Origin: the human T2T-CHM13v2.0 reference genome, Homo sapiens
Length of the DNA stretch: 64,000 bases
Assembly (NCBI RefSeq): GCF_009914755.1
Contig: NC_060947.1
Strand: one strand, 5' to 3'
Shown: positions 61,059-64,000 of the stretch, piece after piece
How the letters are laid out: the number at the start of each line of letters is the position of its first letter
How positions within the stretch are numbered: the first letter of the stretch is position 1
Notes under the pieces: generated by a model
Database searches by the model: none
What the model saw: the letters and a program-made list of their open reading frames with translations, nothing else
What the model was told of the DNA's origin: nothing
Program-made: the position numbers and the translations under genes

Positions 61059-64000
61059 TTGTTATATATAATTTTCTGTAATGAGCACTTATTTTTGTAT
61101 TGAAGAAATTATTAGAAACAATAATAATAAAAAAATCAATGTATCAAGCAAGTTGTTGCAGTAGGTAAATGGGCCAATCTTGAGTGGTTAGTTGGGATAA
61201 CTTAGGGGTGGGGCCACTGTCTTTACTTAGAATTAAACAATTCAAGAACACTTAAGGCAACACATACAAAGGCAATTTCATTCTAAACCAAGTCCCCTCT
61301 ACCTTTTGCGGATCAATTAGCTCAAGTGACATAAAACAGGGCAGGCAGGGGATTAAGTAAATGAAGATGAGCTGGCAATGCAGCCATGAAGCAGCAACAG
61401 TCCGTGCCCTAAATCCATGTGAAATACCTGGTGATCTTGTATACAAAGTCTTGGTCTGGATACTGCAAATGATTGTTCTCTTGGGGATTTTGATATTTAG
61501 GAGAAAACTTTATTATGTAGTCAAGGGTTATAGCTTTTATCTGACCAATTCAGAAGAGGTAACTAGCTAAATCACCAATAATTTTGTAATCTGGGTTTCA
61601 AGAAATGCTCTGCAAGCATTTTAGGGTGCAACTTTGTATAAAATAAAGATAAGCAAAGAAAAGCTCATAACAAGCTTTGAACTTTAAAAATTCTATCAAA
61701 ACTTTAAAGCTCCAGACTTAAATGGTGAATGAAGTGAATTTCCCAAAGGTCTGGACTGGTGACTACTAGCAAACCTGCTGAATGAAATAATTACCTTGAA
61801 AGAAAATAATGAGGGATAATGGCATTCAAACCTGTTAACTGGGAATGTAAGCTCTGTGATTTTCTTGGTGGACAGGCTAATACGATAACAGAGTGATCTG
61901 AGCAGGTGTGAACACATTCATTCTGCAGAAGCAAATACAAACTGAACATGCAAGGTAATTATGGAGAAGAGATACTGGATTCAATGAGCAAACCATATGT
62001 AAAAATAGCTCTATTCCTGCCTTTGAATTCTTTCTTTATTGGAGTCCTAGACAGCATGCATGTCAAAGTCCCGTACTTGGTCTTATTACACCACAAATCT
62101 CTTCCAGTAATGTCCTGCCCCTCACCCTCAGTATCATCTCATTTTCTGTACCTCTTTCTTTCTTTGTGTTAAGGTTCCATTTCTCTCTTCCTTCACATTC
62201 TAATACCTAACTGAAACTGCATATTGGACCACATTACGTTCTCTCACTGTCCACCTCCTCTGCATTTCACTATTTCTTTCTCTTTTATTCAACCTGATAA
62301 GCAGCACTTTATGACAGCTTATTATCTTACAGCTGTTAATGTTCTATATCATTTTCAATCATTCCCCATAGTTTTGACTACATCGTGTCTCAGCTCCTGT
62401 GTTTTGGTTCAGCAACAGTGGTTTGGTATTATAGTGTCCATCTACCTACAACATTAATATTACCCACCTTCTCTTCCTCCTGACTTATTTCCTCTAGGAC
62501 AAGTCCATCTAATTATCCAGTCTTCTCTCTTGCTTTCTGTGCCACAATGCTCTCTACTTCCTAAGATCAGTGTCCTATTTCCTTTCTTGACAGATTAGCT
62601 TGTTTTTTTTCTAGCCACAGAGCCTTACACTACATTTATTATATGGTTCATCCTCGTCTTCACTCAGCCTCCCACCTCTAGTCGCTGGTTATGGATCACA
62701 GTATTCTATTAGCTTCTGATCATTTTTTAACCTTCTTCTTCCCCTCCTCTAGCATATATAAGGTGATACACCCCTGAAAGATATTTTCTTTCTATTATTC
62801 CAAAGTAAGAATGAACAAACATGAAATAATTTATCATTCTATAACCGTCCTCCACCCCCTCCCTTCCAAATTCAGGTCTCCTTTTTCTCTGGTGAGTTCA
62901 AACTGTCATATGTTTATTTAGCACATTTTCACATTCAAAGCATTTAAGGAGCTAATTAATCCTTAGAGTACCCTTCTGCAATGCACCTAGGCTATAGAGG
63001 CAGTTGACATTAAGGTGGGAGCAAAGCTCAAGAATTTCTGTTTTCCAAATCACTGTTCAGACTACATTTTCTTTCACTCTGTCTCTCTGTGATTGAAATA
63101 AGTACCATCATGAATAAATTATGTTGATTAATTTATAAGGAAGCTGCTAGAAAATGGGTGACTTTCCTGGTACTCCCAATTTTTCTATCAGATCCATGTT
63201 AGTCTTCTATGAGCAGCTTTGAGGCAGCTGGGAATCAAACCACAGAACAAGATGAAAACATACCATGTTTTTCTTTCTTTTTCATCCAGAAAGACAGAAT
63301 TATTCACCTATATCTGTAATTACTTCAAGTCATTTCCAAGAATACAGCAAGAAGATCATGTATGTGGATGTGCGTACAAGTGTTGACAAAACGTGGATGA
63401 TGAGGGGAAGAGGACTACGTTGTAGTATAGTTTTATGTTGGTCTGGTAGATCACATTATTACAGACACAATGAGTGAGAGGAAAGAGCTCCCTTATCCCC
63501 TTACCAGGATCTCTTTGCTTTTTTCATAAAAGAAAAAGAAAATACACTCTTTCAGCCCTATGGCTTATATGCTATATGAGGCCATTTGGGATTTATAGTT
63601 TGGCTATTAAGGAGGGAAACGAGTTATTGAGTGCCAAATCACTGTTTTATCTGGCTGTTATTATTATGTTACCAAGCAGTAAGGAAGGGCTTTTGTATAA
63701 TGAGAAAAAATTACTAGCAATTAAATGATGTTCTTTGTTCTTTTTTTCAGTTCAAATGCAATAGGTAATTGTTTAACTGTTACATCCAAATTGTGGAGGC
63801 CATTGGTGATCATTAATAAATAAACTGTATGTGCAATTGCATACTGAAGAAGCCAGCTCAGTCAACACTTTTTTGATCAGATAAAAAATACAGCAAACAA
63901 TCTTAAACATATTGGGCTCAATTACTATTGCCTTGCCCTGCTGTAGACATTGCTCTTCAACCCCTTGGGTAGAATACAGTCATAGTTGAAAGAAAAGTCA

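Overview
Human (primate) genomic DNA, not prokaryotic: AT-rich, CpG-poor, and full of Alu, L1, L2, MIR, MaLR and hAT repeats. The only coding sequence I can support is a 65-nt terminal exon at 717-781 (+). It reads (D)NRRVPLERSRSRHNGAISSK*, which I recognise as the C-terminus of the long isoform of the formin DIAPH2 (Xq21.33). A ~5.7-kb 3' UTR with several poly(A) signals follows, then ~57 kb of repeat-rich intergenic DNA. The supplied ORFs are repeat-derived or chance frames. I found no evidence for a new multi-gene system. The most interesting signals are structural. (1) A complete antisense LTR-internal-LTR MLT1C element sits inside the DIAPH2 3' UTR. (2) There are three short local direct duplications, 0.9-2.2 kb apart, that look like templated-insertion repair scars; one ends in an iterative copy-back patchwork. 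(3) There is a ~75-bp micro-inversion inside an L2. (4) Two L1PA insertions carry mini 3' transductions. (5) There is a doubly truncated Alu with an intact TSD. Repeat subfamily names are from recalled consensus sequences, and boundaries of old repeats are approximate.
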